Shown here: positions 37,523 to 48,505 of the stretch, piece after piece
How the letters are laid out: each line of letters opens with the position of its first letter
How positions within the stretch are numbered: position 1 is the stretch's first letter
DNA from: an uncultured Rikenellaceae bacterium
GTDB taxonomy: Bacteria; Bacteroidota; Bacteroidia; Bacteroidales; VadinHA17
Assembly: GCA_964633195.1 (NCBI GenBank)
Contig: CAZWFL010000003.1
Span: 69,795 to 133,794, forward strand
Direction of reading: 5' to 3'
Length of the DNA: 64,000 bases
Program-made: the position numbers and the translations under genes
Notes under the pieces: model-generated
Seen by the model: the letters and a program-made list of their open reading frames with translations, nothing else
Told to the model about the DNA's origin: nothing
The model's database searches: none

Positions 37523-39415
37523 GATAAAGTCGCGCCCCCTGCGGTGCAGCTTTTTGTAACGGAGCGATGGAGAAGGATAGAAATCTTCAAAGCCCATAAA
37601 ACCCCACTTATTATTTATACTGTCTATGGTATCTGTATCGGAGCATACTACATTGGGCCATTTCCGGGAAAACCCGTCCCTGCGGTAATACTTGATGGTC
37701 CCGTCGACAAGGAGAGTCGCGGGGTTGATATAGAAATGATCTCTCACAGGATCGGAGTTTCCCAGCACCTGCCATGCTACCATATAAAGGTCATTCACAT
37801 CAACCGTGTGATCAACGGCAATTATCAGTCCTGCGGCCTTTTCGCCTGCCGTCTTCCTGATCTCTTCAGCCACCCTCTCAACAATACCCGGGGACTGTGA
37901 CGGATTGACGGAAATAACCACAACGGGAATGCCATCAGTAAGCAGCCCGGTATTATGATCGTCTGTCAAATTCCGGTCTGCAAGTGTTTTTATCCATTCA
38001 CAGTCAATGGCTTCATCACCGGGAATCAATACATTGCGGCCTCTTCCTTCCCTTTCCTCGGGCAGCTTGATTGTAGCGTCGATTCCCGCCTTTCCCCCGT
38101 AAGAGAAGCTGTCGGACGAATGATCGAGCACATCGAGAGGTCCCCTGGTGAAAAGGATGTCACGTTCGAAACAGGTGTTAATAAAAATATTATATAACAG
38201 TTCCCTGTAATTCCTGATATCTACATCACCGCTTACCACAGCCAGGTATTTGGTAAACATCATCTGGCCTGCTCCCAGGAGAGAGCTTATTACTTTCATT
38301 CCCTGACCGGGATAACTCTTGTTGATCTTAACAATAACAAGGTTATGCGCCACTCCCGGTTCGGGCATATGAAGATCTGTCAGTTCAGGCAGGAATGCTA
38401 TTTTCATCGGGGTCAGAAATATCTGTTCAGTTGCCTTTGCTAACCACGCATCCTCCTGCGGCGGTATCCCTACCACTGTGGCGGGATAAATGGCATTATG
38501 GCTGTGCGTGATACATGTAACATTAAAGACGGGATAGGTATCAGCGAGCGAATAGAAACCAGTGTGGTCTCCGAAAGGGCCCTCGGTGACTGTACCGGCT
38601 GCCGGGTCAATAAATCCCTCAATGACAATGTCGGCGTCATCCGGCACATAAAGGTCGCAGGTTATGCATTTTACAAGGTTCACTCTTCTCTTTCTGAGAA
38701 AGCCGGCAAGGATGTATTCGTCGATGTTTTCGGGGAGAGGTGCCGTGGCAGCAAAGGTATAGACCGGATCACCTCCGAGAGCGACGGCCACAGGCATTAT
38801 TTTTCCGCTTCTTTCCCATTCCCCGAAATGAGCCGCGCCTGTTTTATGCCTCTGCCAGTGCATTGCGGTGCTGTTCTTTCCAAGTATCTGCATCCTGTAC
38901 ATCCCCACATTGGTCTTGCCCGTTTCGGGGTGCCGGGTATGGACCATAGGCAGTGTTACAAATCGCCCGCCATCGTAGGGCCAGCACTGAAGTACAGGTA
39001 GTATGCCAAGGTCGGGATTTTTCACAATCACCTGCTGGCATAAGCCTCTCCTTCGAAGCTTTACAGGCATATAGCCGGCTGTTTTGCCAAGCTTAAGCAA
39101 CTTAAGGATTTTTCCGGCGATCCCTCCGCTTGTGTCAGACAGTGAATCGATGATATCCAGTATCTCGCTGCCTGCCTGGCCCGGATCTTCCCTGCCCAGT
39201 GCCATTGCCATCCGTTTTTTTGATCCGAAGGCATTCATCAGTACCGGAAAATCCGTTCCGTTGTTTTCAAACAGAAGTGCCTTCCCCCGGTTTTTGGCAA
39301 TACGGTCGGCAATCTCTGCCATTTCAAGTACCGGATCAGCGAAAGTATTAATCCGGTGAATCTCCCCGGCCTTTTCAAGGGCATTTACAAATTCAGATAA
39401 TCCGGTCCAGGACAT
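37493..39415 (-). CDS. UbiD-family (menaquinone biosynthesis-type) decarboxylase
   Basis: 640 aa; UbiD-like sequence throughout (…GPFGDHTGFYS…); long C-terminal region. Confidence 0.82.
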   Translation of the reverse strand: MSWTGLSEFVNALEKAGEIHRINTFADPVLEMAEIADRIAKNRGKALLFENNGTDFPVLMNAFGSKKRMAMALGREDPGQAGSEILDIIDSLSDTSGGIAGKILKLLKLGKTAGYMPVKLRRRGLCQQVIVKNPDLGILPVLQCWPYDGGRFVTLPMVHTRHPETGKTNVGMYRMQILGKNSTAMHWQRHKTGAAHFGEWERSGKIMPVAVALGGDPVYTFAATAPLPENIDEYILAGFLRKRRVNLVKCITCDLYVPDDADIVIEGFIDPAAGTVTEGPFGDHTGFYSLADTYPVFNVTCITHSHNAIYPATVVGIPPQEDAWLAKATEQIFLTPMKIAFLPELTDLHMPEPGVAHNLVIVKINKSYPGQGMKVISSLLGAGQMMFTKYLAVVSGDVDIRNYRELLYNIFINTCFERDILFTRGPLDVLDHSSDSFSYGGKAGIDATIKLPEEREGRGRNVLIPGDEAIDCEWIKTLADRNLTDDHNTGLLTDGIPVVVISVNPSQSPGIVERVAEEIRKTAGEKAAGLIIAVDHTVDVNDLYMVAWQVLGNSDPVRDHFYINPATLLVDGTIKYYRRDGFSRKWPNVVCSDTDTIDSINNKWGFMGFEDFYPSPSLRYKKLHRRGRDFISEDVLDLVD

Positions 39416-39515
39416 AAGAAAGCATTAATGAGTCATAAAGATATTCAATAAACCTGTTCCAGCTCATCAAACAGGAATAAACAGGAGGGTGTATAAACGG
39501 GTAATGCAGGTATAT

Positions 39516-40004
39516 AAAAACAGTAATGGGAACTATTCCTTGGATTAGTTCCCATTCACCTTGTGCAACCGAAGCCGCACAGGGCGTCAGGTTACTGTTA
39601 TTTTGACCGGTTGCATTTCACGACCGAAATCATGTTGTGCAACCCTGAGCTTTCAGGTTTTGCCTGTTACAGCAGCACCTTCCGGCTGTCCTTTCTCCCG
39701 CTTGCGCAGGATTCCGGGACGAAGCGTCAGTCAGGCCCTTTAGTCATTCCCCGAAGGGTTTGTCATTAAGTTTCAGAGGATTGAAAGCCGGAGCTTTTTT
39801 TCCTCTTCAGCCCTGTGACCCAGTCTTTGAAAGATCGTTTCCGGTTTTCGCTGACCTGCCGAACATCCGGGACCTGAGTCCCTTTGTTCAGGCTTCGGCT
39901 CTTCACACATGCAGACCCGGAGGTCTGACCGAAACAGATCGTGTTTCATTTAAGATTCACATTCTGTTTCCATGCAATCTGAGCAGTCTTTTATCGCTCA
40001 CCTG
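39516..40004 (-). ncRNA. candidate large structured RNA or leader, class unknown
   Basis: No credible ORF; G+C-rich compared with other spacers; a -7 box at 40011-40018 and a terminator at 39525-39556 bracket at least 9 tetraloop-capped helices plus a 12-bp long-range pairing. Confidence 0.4.
39525..39556 (-). terminator. 11-bp hairpin followed by a U-run
   Basis: Minus strand reads AAUGGGAACUA-auccaaggaa-UAGUUCCCAUU, then ACUGUUUUUAUAU. Confidence 0.6.
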
Positions 40005-40010
40005 ATGAAA

Positions 40011-40018
40011 CAAATATA
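40011..40018 (-). promoter_or_regulatory. -7 promoter box TATATTTG (candidate RNA)
   Basis: Exact TAnnTTTG match on the minus strand just downstream of the eno terminator; no clear -33 TTTG. Confidence 0.35.
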
Positions 40019-40033
40019 GTGTAAAAAGGGGAA

Positions 40034-40055
40034 GGACACATAATTTTTGTGTCTC
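40034..40055 (-). terminator. eno terminator-like hairpin
   Basis: Minus strand reads GACACA-aaaauua-UGUGUC, then CUUCCCCUUUUUAC, ~50 nt after the eno stop. Confidence 0.45.
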
Positions 40056-40102
40056 TAATTATACACGGGAAATAAACAGGGGTTATTAACAATTGTTGAT
40101 AA

Positions 40103-41386
<1,284 letters not shown>

Positions 41387-41407
41387 TTATTTTAAAAAAT
41401 TTAACAA

Positions 41408-41935
41408 TCAGTCGTTTGTCTCTGAACCTGATCCTTCTGCTCCGGGTTCCTTTTCAGGCTCCGGCTTGCTCTTTTTAGTTTTGGCAGGCTCAGCTGCTGC
41501 TGTTGCAGCACTCTTCTTTGATGATCGCCTTCTCCTTGCCGCCTTCGGTTTTGCTGCAGTTCCGCCAAGCATGTTCTCGTTAAAATCGACGAGCTCCAGA
41601 ATACACATTTCAGCATTGTCTCCGATCCTGTTTCCTGTCTTCAGTATACGGGTATAACCGCCCGGCCTCTCGCCGACTTTTGGCGATACTTCCCTGAAGA
41701 GTTCTGAAACGGCTTCCTTGTCTTTCAGGTAACTGAAAGCGACTCTCCTTGAGTGTGTTGTATCTTCCTTTGACTTTGTTATAACAGGCTCCACAAAACT
41801 TTTCAGGGCTTTTGCCTTGGCAACAGTTGTTGTTATCCTCTTGTGAATAACAAGTGAAGCAGCCATATTGGACAACATGGCTTTCCTGTGGGAACTTTTC
41901 CTCCCTAAATGGTTAATAACTCTTCTATGTCGCAT
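41408..41935 (-). CDS. rplQ: 50S ribosomal protein L17
   Basis: 175 aa; [26 protein letters not shown]-terminus, with a ~45-aa A/K/E-rich C-terminal tail. Confidence 0.95.
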   Translation of the reverse strand: MRHRRVINHLGRKSSHRKAMLSNMAASLVIHKRITTTVAKAKALKSFVEPVITKSKEDTTHSRRVAFSYLKDKEAVSELFREVSPKVGERPGGYTRILKTGNRIGDNAEMCILELVDFNENMLGGTAAKPKAARRRRSSKKSAATAAAEPAKTKKSKPEPEKEPGAEGSGSETND

Positions 41936-41962
41936 CTCTCTTTATCCTCAAAACTATTCAAA

Positions 41963-42955
41963 TTAATCTCTATCAAGCTTATACCTGACCACATCCATCC
42001 CGAACGACAGGCTCATGGATTCGAGCAGCTCATCAAGTTCGGTGAGGGACTTCTTCCCAAAGTTCCTGAATTTGAGAAGGTCGTTCTTGTTGAACTTGAC
42101 CAGGTCGCCAAGTGTTTCGACTTCTGCCGCCTTAAGACAGTTAAGTGCCCTGACCGAAAGGTCAAGGTCGATCAGTTTTGTCTTCAGGAGCTGGCGCATG
42201 TGCAGTATCTCTTCATCAAACTCTTCATTTGCCATCTTCTCATCCGAATCGAGAGTAATTTTCTCATCCGAGAAGAGCAGGAAATGATATATCAGAATTT
42301 TTGCAGCTTCCTTCAGGGCCTCCTTTGGATGGATCGATCCGTCGGTCTCAATTTCGATCAGCAGTTTCTCGTAGTCGGTCTTCTGTTCGACCCGGAAGTT
42401 TTCGACCGTATACTTCACATTTTTTATGGGTGTGAAGATTGAGTCGAGTGCAATAAGTCCGAACTCGCTCTCCTCAGGCTGATTCTCTTCGGCAGGCACA
42501 TAACCTCTTCCCTTGCTGATTGACAGCTCCATGGTCAGCTTAACATCAGGTTCCATCCGGAAGATTATAAGCTCCGGATTCAACACTTCGAAACTGCTCA
42601 TAACGGAGTTAAGATTGCCGGCCTTGAATACCTCCTGACCACTTATCTTAATAACAACCTTCTCCTCATCAATGTCCTCAACTATTCTTTTGAATCTAAC
42701 CTGTTTAAGCTTAAGTATTATCTCGGTTACGTCTTCAATAACGCCTGTGATTGTTGAGAATTCATGGTCAATCCCTTCGATCTTAACCGTTGTGATGGCA
42801 AATCCCTCGAGGGAAGAGAGAAGAATTCTTCTCAAAGCATTTCCTACCGTAATGCCATAGCCTGGTTCCAGGGGACGGAATTCAAATTTCCCGTACCTGT
42901 CGCTGGCTTCAAGCATTATGACTTTGTCTGGCTTCTGGAATGATAATATGGCCAT
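41963..42955 (-). CDS. rpoA: DNA-directed RNA polymerase subunit alpha
   Basis: 330 aa; NTD and CTD ([22 protein letters not shown]) sequences; alpha-operon position. Confidence 0.96.
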   Translation of the reverse strand: MAILSFQKPDKVIMLEASDRYGKFEFRPLEPGYGITVGNALRRILLSSLEGFAITTVKIEGIDHEFSTITGVIEDVTEIILKLKQVRFKRIVEDIDEEKVVIKISGQEVFKAGNLNSVMSSFEVLNPELIIFRMEPDVKLTMELSISKGRGYVPAEENQPEESEFGLIALDSIFTPIKNVKYTVENFRVEQKTDYEKLLIEIETDGSIHPKEALKEAAKILIYHFLLFSDEKITLDSDEKMANEEFDEEILHMRQLLKTKLIDLDLSVRALNCLKAAEVETLGDLVKFNKNDLLKFRNFGKKSLTELDELLESMSLSFGMDVVRYKLDRD

Positions 42956-42973
42956 AGAGTTTGTCTTATGTGG

Positions 42974-43582
42974 TTATTTTGAATATAATTCAATAATAAA
43001 TTGTTCCTTGATATTTTCAGGTATATCTGCACGGTCGGGCATATTCATGAATTTACCTGCCATCTGAGTATCGTCCCATTCAAGCCAGGAAAGCTTTGAA
43101 TATCTGCGGGATGACAGAGAGTTGACAATTGACTCGAGTGATTTTGATTTCTCCCGTACACCGACAATATCACCCGGTTTGAGCTGATAAGACGGGATAT
43201 TTATTACTTTCCCGTTTACCGTGATATGCTTGTGTGACACCAGCTGGCGGGCACCTGCCCTTGAAGGGGACACTCCGAAACGGTATACAACATTATCGAG
43301 CCTTGCTTCGAGCATCTGAAGAAGTACTTCACCTGTAACGCCCTTGCTTCTTGAAGCTTTCTCGAATGTATTCCGGAACTGCCGTTCCAGGATTCCATAG
43401 GTATATTTAGCCTTCTGTTTTTCCTGGAGCTGTAAACCATACTCAGAACTCTTCTTTCTCTTCTTGTTGATCCCATGCTGGCCTGGCGGGAAATTTTTTC
43501 TTTCCAGGTGTTTATCGGGACCAAAGAGTGGTTCACCGAACTTCCTGGAGATTTTTGATTTGGGGCCAATATATCTTGCCAT
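42974..43582 (-). CDS. rpsD: 30S ribosomal protein S4
   Basis: [16 protein letters not shown] start. The ORF-track N-terminal extension to 43654 overlaps rpsK and was trimmed. Confidence 0.95.
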   Translation of the reverse strand: MARYIGPKSKISRKFGEPLFGPDKHLERKNFPPGQHGINKKRKKSSEYGLQLQEKQKAKYTYGILERQFRNTFEKASRSKGVTGEVLLQMLEARLDNVVYRFGVSPSRAGARQLVSHKHITVNGKVINIPSYQLKPGDIVGVREKSKSLESIVNSLSSRRYSKLSWLEWDDTQMAGKFMNMPDRADIPENIKEQFIIELYSK

Positions 43583-43623
43583 CTGAAATTTAATTTTTTC
43601 TATTAATACCCTTTTTCTTTCTC

Positions 43624-44013
43624 CTATACTCTTCTCCTGCCGGGAGGTCTGCAACCGTTATGGGGCAGTGGAGTAACATCCACTATCTCAGCAATCTCAA
43701 TTCCAGTGTTACTTATTGATCTTACTGCCGATTCACGGCCTGAGCCAGGACCTTTCACAAATACTTTGACTTTTCTTAATCCAAGGTCGTAGGCGATCCT
43801 GGCACACTGTTCCGATGCCATCTGGGCTGCATAGGGGGTATTCTTTTTTGAGCCCCTGAATCCCATTTTACCTGCAGATGACCACGATATTACCTGCCCG
43901 GAATTATTGGTCAGGGTAATAATTATATTATTGAATGATGAATGAATATGAGCCTGTCCGTTCGGTTCTACCTTAACGATCCTTTTCTTTGATGCTCCGG
44001 TTTTCTTTGCCAT
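43624..44013 (-). CDS. rpsK: 30S ribosomal protein S11
   Basis: 129 aa; uS11 sequence; operon position. Confidence 0.95.
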   Translation of the reverse strand: MAKKTGASKKRIVKVEPNGQAHIHSSFNNIIITLTNNSGQVISWSSAGKMGFRGSKKNTPYAAQMASEQCARIAYDLGLRKVKVFVKGPGSGRESAVRSISNTGIEIAEIVDVTPLPHNGCRPPGRRRV

Positions 44014-44023
44014 ATTAAATTAT

Positions 44024-44401
44024 CTATTTGGTAGCTTTCTTCTTGTTTGCGACAGTCTTTTTCCTGCCCTTGCGCGTACGGGCGTTGTTCTTTGTACTCT
44101 GACCCCTTACAGGAAGGCCGATCCTGTGGCGCACACCCCGGTAACAGCCGATATCCATAAGCCTCTTGATGTTCATCTGAGTTTCTGAACGCAGTTCACC
44201 CTCAAGCTTAAAATTGTCGTTCAGAATCCTGCGGATGGAATTGATATCATCGTCGGTCCAGTCCTGAACTTTCATGTTTCTGTCAACACCTGCCTCGTCA
44301 AGTACTTTTTGCGCTATACTTCTGCCCACTCCGTAAATATAGGTAAGCCCAACCTCACCTCTTTTATTTCTCGGTAAATCAACACCAACAATACGTGCCA
44401 T
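44024..44401 (-). CDS. rpsM: 30S ribosomal protein S13
   Basis: 125 aa; [14 protein letters not shown] start. Confidence 0.95.
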   Translation of the reverse strand: MARIVGVDLPRNKRGEVGLTYIYGVGRSIAQKVLDEAGVDRNMKVQDWTDDDINSIRRILNDNFKLEGELRSETQMNIKRLMDIGCYRGVRHRIGLPVRGQSTKNNARTRKGRKKTVANKKKATK

Positions 44402-44438
44402 ATTAACTTTTCTTAAATAAGTTGCAAAATTAATTAAA

Positions 44439-44555
44439 TTATCCCTGTCTTTGTTTGAACTTGGGATTTTTCTTGTTTATAACGTAAATGCGACCCTTGC
44501 GCCTGACTATCTTGCAGTCGGTGCTCCGCTTTTTTACAGATGTTCTTACTTTCAT
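44439..44555 (-). CDS. rpmJ: 50S ribosomal protein L36
   Basis: Hand-translated: [38 protein letters not shown]. Lies between infA and rpsM; below the ORF-track length cutoff. Confidence 0.92.
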   Translation of the reverse strand: MKVRTSVKKRSTDCKIVRRKGRIYVINKKNPKFKQRQG

Positions 44556-44569
44556 TATCTTACTGTTTC

Positions 44570-44788
44570 TTATTTGTATCTGAACGTAATTCTTCCTTTT
44601 GTCAAATCGTATGGTGACATTTCAACCTTAACCCTGTCACCCGGCAATATTTTAATATAATGCATCCTCATCTTCCCGGAGATGTGTGCAGTAATAACAT
44701 GTCCGTTTTCGAGCTCAACCCTGAACATTGCGTTCGAAAGGGCTTCAATGATAGTCCCATCCTGCTCTATTGATGGTTGTTTTGACAT
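44570..44788 (-). CDS. infA: translation initiation factor IF-1
   Basis: 72 aa; S1-like IF-1 sequence ([20 protein letters not shown]). Confidence 0.95.
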   Translation of the reverse strand: MSKQPSIEQDGTIIEALSNAMFRVELENGHVITAHISGKMRMHYIKILPGDRVKVEMSPYDLTKGRITFRYK

Positions 44789-44792
44789 TGGT

Positions 44793-45572
44793 TTATAATT
44801 TATTTAATACTTCCTCAATATATTCGAACGTTGACAATACATCTGCCCTTCCGCTATTCACGGCAACAGCATATTCGAAATGTGCTGACGGCTTTCCGTC
44901 AACTGTCCTGATGGTCCACCCGTCACGCATCTGTTTTGTCTCTTTTCTCCCCATGTTGATCATTGGTTCGATGCAGATGACAAGTCCTTTCTGCATCTTT
45001 TGACCCGATCCCCTTTTTCCAAAGTTTGGCACCTCGGGTGGCTCATGCAGTCTCCTTCCCAGACCGTGACCTACCAGTTCCCTTACTACAGAATATCCTC
45101 CGCTTTCAGCTTTCGACTGTATGGCATAAGAGATATCCCCTATCCTGTTTCCCGATACTGCTTCCTTTACCCCCTCCTCGAGTGAGGCCCTGGTGTATTC
45201 AAGAAGGCGTCTGGCCTTATCATCGATATTACCAACGGGGAATGTGTATGCGGTATCGCCATACCATCCGTTAAGGATCACGCCGCAGTCGACTGACAGG
45301 ATATCTCCGTCGTTGAGAGGATTGTCGGAAGGGATACCATGGACAACTTCGTCGTTGACAGATGTACAGAGGGTTGCGGGGAATCCTCCATATCCCTTGA
45401 ATCCGGGGACTCCTCCGTTATCGCGTATGAACGCTTCGGCTATCCCGTCGAGATATCTGGTTGTCACCCCCGGCCTGATGAATCCGGCTATCTCCGCGAG
45501 TGTTCTGGATACTAGCAGATTAGCCTCTCTCAGCAATTCTATCTCTTCATCAGTCTTGAAATACAACATCAA
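44793..45572 (-). CDS. map: type I methionyl aminopeptidase
   Basis: 259 aa; VVHGIP, DxGxxxxGxxGD and HGLGR metal-site strings. Confidence 0.94.
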   Translation of the reverse strand: MMLYFKTDEEIELLREANLLVSRTLAEIAGFIRPGVTTRYLDGIAEAFIRDNGGVPGFKGYGGFPATLCTSVNDEVVHGIPSDNPLNDGDILSVDCGVILNGWYGDTAYTFPVGNIDDKARRLLEYTRASLEEGVKEAVSGNRIGDISYAIQSKAESGGYSVVRELVGHGLGRRLHEPPEVPNFGKRGSGQKMQKGLVICIEPMINMGRKETKQMRDGWTIRTVDGKPSAHFEYAVAVNSGRADVLSTFEYIEEVLNKL

Positions 45573-45589
45573 AGAACGTTAATCTGTTT

Positions 45590-46918
45590 TTAACCTGTCG
45601 TAATGGCGCCAGATCTTCCTTTAATACGGCCCGACTTCATCAGACCGTCGTAATGACGCATCAGCAGGTGGCTCTCTATCTGCTGGAGCGTGTCGAGCAC
45701 AACTCCCACAAGTATCAGGAGGGATGTCCCCCCATAGAACTGAGCAAACTGCGGCGTTACTCCCGCTCTTACCGCAATGGCCGGCAGAATTGCGACCAGA
45801 GCCAGGAAGAACGAACCCGGGAGGGTGATCCTCGACATTACGGTGTCAAGAAACTCCACAGTTTTCCTGCCGGGTTTAATGCCGGGAATGAACCCCCCGT
45901 TCTTTTTCATATCTTCGGCCATCTGAACGGGATTGATCGTAACGGCCGTATAGAAATATGTGAACAGAATGATCAGTATGGCCGTTACAAAGTTATACCA
46001 GAACCCGTACATATTTGAGAAAGCTATCATAAATCCTGACCCTGACTGGGAATAACCTGCAATAATTATCGGCAGCATCATAATCGCCTGCGCGAAAATT
46101 ATCGGCATTACTCCTGCGGCATTAACCTTGAGAGGTATGTACTGACGTACACCGCCGTACTGCTTGTTACCTACGATTCGCCGCGCATATTGCACCGGAA
46201 CCCTTCGTGTTCCCTGAACGAGTAATATTGTCCCGAGGATCACGACGAAAAGGATAAGCACCTCGGCAACAACAGCTATGAGTCCTCCTGCCCCGCTTAT
46301 CCTTGTGCCGGCCTCAAAGACGAAGTTTGCAGGCAGACGGGCTATAATACCAATCATGATAATAAGTGAAATACCGTTCCCTATACCCTTGTCCGTAATC
46401 CTCTCACCAAGCCACATCACGAACATTGTGCCAGCCGTAAGGATAATCACCGACGAGAACTTAAAGAAAAAACCCGTCAGGATGAATGCGCTGGGCGGCA
46501 GCTGAGCTGACAGGTTCACCAGATATGTCGGAGCCTGGAGAACGAGAATACCCACCGTGAGATACCTTGTATACTGATTCATCTTCCGCCTTCCGCTCTC
46601 TCCTTCCTTCTGGAGCTTCTGGAAATAGGGAAAGACTATACCAAGGAGCTGCACAACGATTGATGCCGAGATATAAGGCATGATACCCAGAGCAAATATT
46701 GAAGCCTGGGAGAAGGCTCCTCCTGAAAACATATCAAGAAGACCCATAATTCCCGAGGAGGTCTGGCTCTTGAGTCCCGCTAGCTGGGACGGATCAATAC
46801 CCGGAAGTGAAATATATTTTCCCAGCCTGTACAACAGAATGATTCCCAATGTATAAATCAGTCTTGCACGAAGGTCTTCAATCTTAAAGATGTTCTTTAT
46901 GGTCTGGATCAGTCTCAT
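45590..46918 (-). CDS. secY: preprotein translocase subunit SecY
   Basis: 442 aa; 10-TM SecY sequence; operon position. Confidence 0.95.
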   Translation of the reverse strand: MRLIQTIKNIFKIEDLRARLIYTLGIILLYRLGKYISLPGIDPSQLAGLKSQTSSGIMGLLDMFSGGAFSQASIFALGIMPYISASIVVQLLGIVFPYFQKLQKEGESGRRKMNQYTRYLTVGILVLQAPTYLVNLSAQLPPSAFILTGFFFKFSSVIILTAGTMFVMWLGERITDKGIGNGISLIIMIGIIARLPANFVFEAGTRISGAGGLIAVVAEVLILFVVILGTILLVQGTRRVPVQYARRIVGNKQYGGVRQYIPLKVNAAGVMPIIFAQAIMMLPIIIAGYSQSGSGFMIAFSNMYGFWYNFVTAILIILFTYFYTAVTINPVQMAEDMKKNGGFIPGIKPGRKTVEFLDTVMSRITLPGSFFLALVAILPAIAVRAGVTPQFAQFYGGTSLLILVGVVLDTLQQIESHLLMRHYDGLMKSGRIKGRSGAITTG

Positions 46919-46922
46919 GAAA

Positions 46923-47369
46923 TTAAATTTTTACTGCAGTTCCCTCTTTAGCTTTTATTGCTTCTTCAGCAGATTTGCTGAAGGAGTGGGCATGTACTTC
47001 CAGCTTCCTTTCAAGGGTGCCGTTGCCAAGTATCTTGACAAGGTCATTTTTCGAAATGAGCCCTGCCTTCATAAGCACCTCCAGATCAATCCTTTCCAGG
47101 TTATTTTTCTCAGCCAGGCTCTGAAGAGTACTGATATTGATACCCTTGTATTCCTTCCGGTTGATATTCCTGAAGCCATACTTCGGAACACGACGCTGAA
47201 GTGGCATCTGTCCGCCTTCGAAACCAATCTTTTTCGAATATCCCGATCTGGATTTTGCTCCTTTATGGCCCCTGGTTGATGTTCCTCCTTTTCCGGAACC
47301 CTGTCCGCGCCCCAGCCGCTTTCCTCTCTTAATTGATCCTTTAGCAGGTTTTAAATTGCTCAAATCCAT
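46923..47369 (-). CDS. rplO: 50S ribosomal protein L15
   Basis: 148 aa; GRGQGSGKGGTSTRGHKG glycine-rich N-terminus. Confidence 0.95.
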   Translation of the reverse strand: MDLSNLKPAKGSIKRGKRLGRGQGSGKGGTSTRGHKGAKSRSGYSKKIGFEGGQMPLQRRVPKYGFRNINRKEYKGINISTLQSLAEKNNLERIDLEVLMKAGLISKNDLVKILGNGTLERKLEVHAHSFSKSAEEAIKAKEGTAVKI

Positions 47370-47395
47370 TTCTTTAATAATAATATCGTTTGTAA

Positions 47396-47575
47396 TTAAA
47401 TCTTTTCAATCCTGACAAGGTGTTTCACTTTTTCCACCATGCCAATGATCTGGGGTGTGGCTTCATGTTCGACACATTGATTCATTTTTCTGATACCCAA
47501 TGCCTCAAGTGTCCTTTTCTGTCTCTCGGGTTTGCCGCTTTTGCTCCTTATCTGTGTGATACGAATCTTTGCCAT
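47396..47575 (-). CDS. rpmD: 50S ribosomal protein L30
   Basis: Hand-translated 59 aa: MAKIRITQIRSKSGKPERQKRTLEALGIRKMNQCVEHEATPQIIGMVEKVKHLVRIEKI. Below the ORF-track cutoff. Confidence 0.92.
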   Translation of the reverse strand: MAKIRITQIRSKSGKPERQKRTLEALGIRKMNQCVEHEATPQIIGMVEKVKHLVRIEKI

Positions 47576-47590
47576 AGTGATCCAGTTTTA

Positions 47591-48106
47591 CTAACCGTTA
47601 AAAACTTTGTCCATGCTTATGCCCCTGTGTCCGGCAACAGTAAATGCGTCGCGCATCTCCAGAAGAGCTTCGAATGTTGCCTTCACCAGGTTATGGGGAT
47701 TGGAAGATCCTTTCGACTTGGCAAGCACATTTCGTACTCCGACGCTTTCGAGGACTGCACGCATGGCACCTCCTGCCTTAACACCGGTACCGGCTGCTGC
47801 AGGTTTGAGAAAGACCTTTGCTCCGCCAAATTTGGCAACCTGTTCATGGGGTATTGTACCATTTATTACCGGAACCTTGATAAGGTTTTTCTTTGCATCT
47901 TCTATTCCCTTGGCAATAGCAGTTGTCACCTCACCTGCCTTGCCGAGCCCGTGACCCACAATACCATCCTCGTTACCCACGACAACAATTGCCGAGAAGC
48001 TGAATGTACGACCACCCTTGGTGACCTTTGTAACCCTCTGAATGCTGACGAGCCTGTCTCTTAGCTCGAGATCGCTGGTCTTAACTTTTCTAATTCCGCT
48101 TGTCAT
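47591..48106 (-). CDS. rpsE: 30S ribosomal protein S5
   Basis: 171 aa; uS5 sequence; operon position. Confidence 0.95.
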   Translation of the reverse strand: MTSGIRKVKTSDLELRDRLVSIQRVTKVTKGGRTFSFSAIVVVGNEDGIVGHGLGKAGEVTTAIAKGIEDAKKNLIKVPVINGTIPHEQVAKFGGAKVFLKPAAAGTGVKAGGAMRAVLESVGVRNVLAKSKGSSNPHNLVKATFEALLEMRDAFTVAGHRGISMDKVFNG

Positions 48107-48112
48107 ATCCTG

Positions 48113-48472
48113 TTAAAATTTTAATCCCCCCTCACGGGCGGCGTCAGCCAGTGATTTCACCCGGCCATGATATTTGTATCCGCTTCTGTCGAAGACAACA
48201 TCTTCAATACCTTTCTCCCTGCATTTCCCGGCCATCAGTTTCCCGACAAGCTTAGCCTGTTCTGTTTTGCTGATACCTGTTTTCGCGGCAACCTCTTTCT
48301 CTCTTGAAGATGCAGAAAGCAGGGTAACCCCGTTCAGATCATCAACAGCCTGAACATAGATCTGCCTGTTGCTGCGGTACACTGCAAGCCTGGGTTTAGC
48401 GGCGGTGCCGCTTATTTTTTTCCGGATCCTCATCCTGATCCTCGTTCTTCTTTCTAACTTAGTCAAAGCCAT
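48113..48472 (-). CDS. rplR: 50S ribosomal protein L18
   Basis: 119 aa; uL18 sequence; operon position. Confidence 0.95.
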   Translation of the reverse strand: MALTKLERRTRIRMRIRKKISGTAAKPRLAVYRSNRQIYVQAVDDLNGVTLLSASSREKEVAAKTGISKTEQAKLVGKLMAGKCREKGIEDVVFDRSGYKYHGRVKSLADAAREGGLKF

Positions 48473-48505
48473 CTTTATACAGTTTTTGCCATTTTCAAAT
48501 AGACC

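Noticed and set aside
39770-39810. Hammerhead-ribozyme-like string CUGAAGA...GAAAC on the minus strand
   Set aside because: The AGA of CUGAAGA is consumed by a perfect 6-bp AGAGGA/UCCUCU helix, the hammerhead register gives a poor stem II, and no stem I/III or cleavage-site UH context is present.
39516-40004. Assignment of the structured spacer to a known RNA class (RNase P RNA, tmRNA, SRP/4.5S RNA, FMN or cobalamin riboswitch)
   Set aside because: By eye the region lacks the RNase P P4 strings (GGAAAGUCC / ACAGAAnCCGGCUUA), a tRNA-like acceptor/T-arm and tag ORF, the SRP GGAA-capped AGCAGC domain IV, the RFN core order and a B12 box. Some short resemblances (GCGCAAGCGGGA, GUGAAAU..ACCGG, GUCCCGGAUG) are in the wrong order or context. 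Only a covariance-model search can settle this.
39561-40005. ORFs inside the eno/UbiD spacer (39561-39743, 39563-39769 and 39760-40005 on +, and a hand-found ~57-aa ORF on -)
   Set aside because: The ORFs overlap one another, have Cys/Pro/Arg/Ser-rich non-protein-like composition, and none has a promoter-compatible start. They are better explained as chance frames in G+C-rich structured RNA sequence.
41401-41616. 71-aa alternative-frame ORF within the rplQ 3' region
   Set aside because: It is a shadow frame of the low-complexity A/K/E-rich L17 tail.
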